Below, in pieces: positions 57,279-64,000 of a DNA stretch of 64,000 nucleotides. The notes under the pieces are model-generated. The model did no database searches. It was not told the DNA's origin and worked only from the letters and a program-made list of their open reading frames with translations. The first letter of the stretch is position 1; each line of letters begins with the position of its first letter. The stretch is from the human T2T-CHM13v2.0 reference genome, Homo sapiens: NCBI RefSeq assembly GCF_009914755.1, contig NC_060930.1; one strand, given 5' to 3'. Position numbers and translations under genes: made by a program.

Positions 57279-59329
57279 ATCTAGATCATGTTTTTCTGAG
57301 AGTTCCCTCGATTTTATCTTTGCCTGGAAGCAGTTTCTTACTTATGGTATCTTTGCAATTTATAGAGTCTAGAAATAAGAAACCACTTTATTTTTTAGCC
57401 CAACAAGCTCAGGCCCCTTTTTACTTAACAGCTCTTTCTTTAGCTTCTTTCTCTCCTCTCACATTTTACTATTAAGCAACTAGAAGAAACTGGGCAGCAC
57501 TTTACACACTCTGCCTGGAAGTCTCAGTTAGATCATCCAATTCCTTAGGTACATTTTCTGTTTTTCACCTTTTGATGGGAGGAGTTACAAAGAAGTTGAA
57601 GACATCCACTGAAACAGCCACAGTATCCAAGTGCAAAGATAAACATGGTCTCACTGAGCCAGCAATCTCAAAACACATTCTATCTCCAACTGTATCATTA
57701 AGTAGCAATATCACCATATGTAGGTTAAAATTTAAAAAAATGTTTTTTAATAATTGAAGGCATATGTGATTATTTTCATTAAAATCCAGCCCAAACTATC
57801 AGGCAAATAATTTTAATAAATAAAAAAAGAGAATGAGTATTAGTCTCACATATTCGTTCATATTGAAGCAATGATGATGTCTGTTAATGTTTCTATTTTA
57901 CTAAATATTCCCAAACATCCGGTAATCTCCTTTTCTGAGTATGCCAGAAATTAACACAAAACTCTCCTTTTTAAAATAATTCTGAGCAATTGCCCATTTA
58001 TAGCTTCTCAATAACCTTTCAGGGTTCCAGTATCTCTCAGAGGGTAGAGATTACAGCTTGATATACTTAGTATAAGCTTCTCAGCATCTAAGATGGAACA
58101 TTTTACTTATAGTCAGACTAAAGTTATAAAAAATAGCTAAAACTTCAATTACTGTCTCCTTATCAATCCTGATCTTCAATTATATTCCAGGGAAATGAAA
58201 TTATATTATTTTAGCGTTAGAAAGAACTACTGTGGTCATCTAGCCCAGGAATATACCGATATCAAAGACACATGAGGTAGAAAGTGGGCTATGATAAAAT
58301 TAGGAAGATCTATGAAAGTGAAGAGGGGATTTAGACATTATTCTTTAGGCAATGGAAAATCAATGGAGCATAGAATTATAAGAATGGCAAAATATTGTAT
58401 TTATGAAATATTTAAAAGGGTTCAGTAAAATTTGAAAGTCAGCTTTGTTTATATAATTTAAGATATTGTCAAGGACAAGCCTATGGTAAAAGCACCAGCA
58501 TAATTAGTTAATAAACAGTGTAAGAAATTGTATTTTTGGTGAAACTCCTTAGGGATTCTTTATGCCATGTATTGTGCATAATACACATTTCTTACTAGGA
58601 GAAAAGTCCCCAACTATACCAAAGAGATGAAATACTTTGAAACATGTTTTCAGAATCTGCCAAAAGATAGGGAATTTTGCTAGAATACATATTAAATTTA
58701 ATCTAATAATCATTCTTGATTGGGAACACTGACCCAGTGACACTGAAGCTGTTAGATTAGTGAAACCAAGCTATGAGATGCACAAGGAGACCAAACAACA
58801 GAAGATCCTCCTATGGAGTGCAGGGTCTTTGAAAGGAAATGAAATTCATCTTGAATTTATGGTAACACTCTAGAGTTTTAGAATATGATCTGTTGCTTGA
58901 CATTGTTAGCGAAGGCTCACAAGAAAAGAGATGTAACTGATTATTTTACTTTAAAAATAATTAAAATTTATTGAGTTTTTTTCTAAATTGAGACAAAATA
59001 TGTGTAAAATAGACAACAAAAGTGGCAATCCAAAAATATACAGAATTTAGGACCAGAAAATAAAAACATTTGTGTGACTGTGAGAAAAAAGATTCACATA
59101 CAAGTAAGTCCACAATTAATTTTCATAGGACTATTTTGTAGTCATTACTGATAGTGTAATTTGACTGAAGAGATATTTGAACTCAATGAGGCATTATATC
59201 AACCCAATAAGCCACTAATTTTTGTTTTCTTTGTAACATTCAAGCATTAGAACACTGAAAAAAGAAGAGATTAAGAAATAATATATGGAACTAGATACTA
59301 TATTAAGAAGTGGTAAATATCTTGCTATA

Positions 59330-59880
59330 CTTGACAACCATGTATATTTTATAATATGTTCTGTATTATGATATGTAAAATTCATGATTTCGTATCTTAA
59401 TTCCAGTTGCTACAACATCAGCTGATAGAAAGCTAGTATAGTTTGATGTCACTAATAATAAAATATAAATTATATTTAAAATGATGACACATAATTATCA
59501 CTGTTGTCAAAAATAATTTTAACTGAATAAATATATGTTAATTTATTAAGTACATATATCTTTGTTACACTATTAATTAAAAAGTTGTTAGGCCTTCAAA
59601 AGAGTACCCAAAAATGTGCAATAATAATGAAATTCAGTGACTTGAGTTATTTTTCCAACTTTCAGTCACCTTTGATATCTCTGATAACTTTTACTAATGT
59701 AAAAACTATGGCTTTATATATATAACTTTATAACATAACTTTTATATTTTGTCATTATGAAGGCATATTTGTCAAGGTAGTAGGGGAGAACGTATTCTAT
59801 TTAGCAGTGTCTTAGTTTAACTTATGCACACAGTATGCAAACCCCCATCATCCCCTTTGGCTCTGCAAATTTTCTAGGCA
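59330..59880. mobile_element. MER115/Zaphod-like hAT-Tip100 relic
   Basis: CATATTTGTCAAGGTAG.AGG..AGAAC.TATT.TATTTA.CAGT resembles the recalled MER115 end; left boundary uncertain. Confidence 0.55.
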
Positions 59881-60039
59881 GAACGCTTTCATCTCTCCAG
59901 TCTGGACTCATCTTTGCAACTCCAGACCCTAGCTTCCTACTTGACATCTGTACTTAAAAGTCTCACATATACCTCAAACTTAACATATCTGAAAGAACTC
60001 TTTGTTTTCTCCCCAATTTGTTGCTACTCACTTCATTTA

Positions 60040-61541
<1,502 letters not shown>

Positions 61542-63114
61542 TATCTCAGTATAAAGCACCTCTACTTTCTTGGTTATGAATGCCATCTGGAGGTCAGCCT
61601 CAACAACCTAGTCCATTATTCACAAGGATTCTATATTAAAGATATATTTTTAAATGCTTCATTTCTGTTACTATTACCTTAATCCAAGCAATGATTATAT
61701 TTTTCACAAAATTGCTTCCTAAATGGGCTTTCTGTCTGCACTCATAACCCTTCAATCTATTTTCCCCCAAACAGTCAAAGAAGTCTTTTTAACTGTCAAG
61801 TCAGTGTCTTGAATAAAACCTTTCAGTGTCTTCCCATTGCTGTTAAAATCCTCAAGGGCCTGTGATTATTGAGCCTTGTCCACATTCCCAGGCTCAACTT
61901 GAAATGTTCTGGCTGCCTCAGTCATGGTGAGCCAGCCACACTGTTCCTCAGGCCTGCCAAGCTCCTTCCCCTTCAAAGCTTCTGCACATTATACTTCCTC
62001 TACCCGGTACTTTCTGTAGCTAGCTCCTAATGATTCTTCAAGTTCAGTGCCTCCTCCTTAGAGGGGTTTTCCTTGATCTCCATCTAAATTAGATCTCCTT
62101 CTTCCACATTTTCCCTATTCCATATGAACATTAAAACTTCATTCATAAAATAAACATTAACATTACATTGCCGCAGAAGCCAGAATCACTCTGATCACTT
62201 ACTACAATCTGTCTTTGGATAGTAATTTGTGTGGTTATTTATTTAATTACTGACTTTTCTACCAAAATAACAGTTCTATTGATAACTGTTATTTTGGCCT
62301 GGGGGTCCCCAAGGCCCTTTTAGGGGATACTTAAAGCATTTTGTAAGTCTGATTGCCTTTGCAAGGACCTCAAAGCACAGAATGTGCTTCGGGCTCTCTG
62401 TGTATCATGTCTAGAAGAAAAGATATACCAGTTAGACAAGTTGACATATCAACCATCATTTTGAGATATAGTCATAAATGAAATAAAATGATCTTCCTCC
62501 AGTTTGCAATGGAAGTGCAATTGTAGTTACTGATATCACAGCCCCAGAAATATCAATGAGGAACAGAACACAGTATAAGACATGAATACCACCAAACGAG
62601 TATGTGCAAGGCTAGGAAGGGAGCAATCTGGGTGAGAAGTTTCAAGTGGTGCAGTGCTATTCACTCTCCCCAATAAACCTGTACATTTAAACATTTGCTT
62701 TTCCCTATGATATTCTTTATCTGAGTTTCTCTCTCTGTCTCTCTCTCTCTTTTTAAAACTCTGATTTTGAACTACTTGCTCTTATATTTGTATTTGACTT
62801 TGCTGCTGTCTTAATTCTCTTTAAGGTCAGTCCTGCCTGACCATTCAGAACACATGTGCCTATCCCTCTCTAATAGTTCCTATTTGCCTACTTAGAATTA
62901 GAAATGGTCCTTCTAGAATCAGAGAAGAAAGAGAAAAGATTTAAAAATGAAGTGTAAAATCCATGGTATAAGTTTAATAAGCACGCTGGATGTAAAATAA
63001 ATAGTGGTTGTAAAAAAATGGCTTTGTGGACATCATTTTAGTGTGAAAAGGACTGCAATTTATAGTCTGGACAACTTGCATACCTGCTCCATTACAACAA
63101 TTTAACTGATGAGA

Positions 63115-63560
63115 CATAGTGGGCTGAATGATGACCCCAAAAAGATATGTCCATGATTTAATCCCTGGAGGCTGTGAATATTGTGGCAAAAGATATGATT
63201 AAATTAAGAGAGGAGGAGTTTATCCTGGATTATCCATGTGAGCTCTAAATGTAATCACATGCCTTTTCATAAGAGAGAGTTTTGAGACACACGCCAAGAG
63301 AGAAGAGAGGAGGGGAAAAGGCAAAGTAGCTGCAGTGGCAGGGATCAGGGTGATGTGGTCACAAGCAAAGGAATACCTATAGCCAGAAGAAGCTGAAAAG
63401 GCAAGAATGGATTCTTTTGCAGAGTATCTAGAGGCAGCATGGCCTTGACAATATGTTGATTTCAGACTTCTGAACTCCAGAATTGCGAGAGAATAAACGT
63501 CTGTTGTGTTGTCACCCAATTTGTGGTAATTTGTTATGACAGCCCCAGAAAACTAATAAA
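63115..63560 (+). mobile_element. MLT1C/D-like MaLR solo LTR
   Basis: TAGTGGGCTGAAT..CCCCAAAAAGATATGTCC...ATCCTGGATTATCC...GAGAGAATAAA...GAAAACTAATA. Confidence 0.85.
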
Positions 63561-63617
63561 CAAGATAAACATTAAAGCCACACTATCACATTACTTTTGT
63601 TTTCTTGAGGTTCAATT

Positions 63618-63648
63618 TGTGTGTGTGTGTGCATGTGTGTGTGCGTGT
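63618..63648. repeat. Interrupted (TG)n microsatellite
   Basis: Read directly. Confidence 0.9.
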
Positions 63649-64000
63649 AATTCAATTGAAGAAATGTGAAGCCCAAATTACATGACACATATGAGTAAAG
63701 TCTGAGCAGAGAATATGTGTTATATCTCTTTCCTATAGACACACACATTTATAGTATGTAAGATGCTTCAATTAGCAAAAAGTGTTTTTAATGTTGAGAG
63801 ACCTGTTGATTACACCCATGTAGGCATTAAAACTCCTTTCACAAAATAAATATCCCTTTGAGGCAGAAGGAACCAGCACTCTATGAATGCATAAATTGAA
63901 CGTGATCATGATCATTGTGCTGTAAACATCTGTTTACATTTCCTAGGATCTTGCCATGATTTCCACATTTTGTCTAATTTGTCATGACACCATCTGTTTG

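Overview
AT-rich primate, very probably human, genomic DNA from an intergenic or deep-intronic region. I find no supportable protein-coding gene: the listed ORFs are translations of Alu, L1, LTR or low-complexity sequence, or chance frames. More than half of the window is transposon-derived. This includes 14 Alus (one a 5'-truncated, very young AluYi6-like copy), a 5'-complete L1MB-type LINE with target-site duplications (TSDs) at 12961-19135, an older L1M with nested insertions, L1PA fragments, L2/L3/MIR relics, MaLR/ERVL LTRs, a MER41A solo LTR, a complete non-coding MER4A1 provirus (45107-53049; two LTRs, tRNA-Arg PBS, PPT, 4-bp TSD), an MLT1 provirus remnant and DNA-transposon fossils (MER47A, MER5, MER58A, MER1B, MER115/Zaphod, Tigger3b). 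Less ordinary features: a full-length U3 snoRNA retrocopy (10115-10327); a tailless tRNA-Cys 5'-half retrocopy with TSD (2744-2780); three local copy-paste or template-switch duplications (2285-2420 = 3755-3890; 26477-26715 with an inverted filler; 39461-39572 = 39918-40029); an apparent four-exon splice architecture inside the MER4 provirus; and some motif clusters (NF-kB/TATA, duplicated octamer). I do not see a new multi-gene system. Repeat family names come from recalled consensus sequences, not from a search, and boundaries of old elements are approximate.
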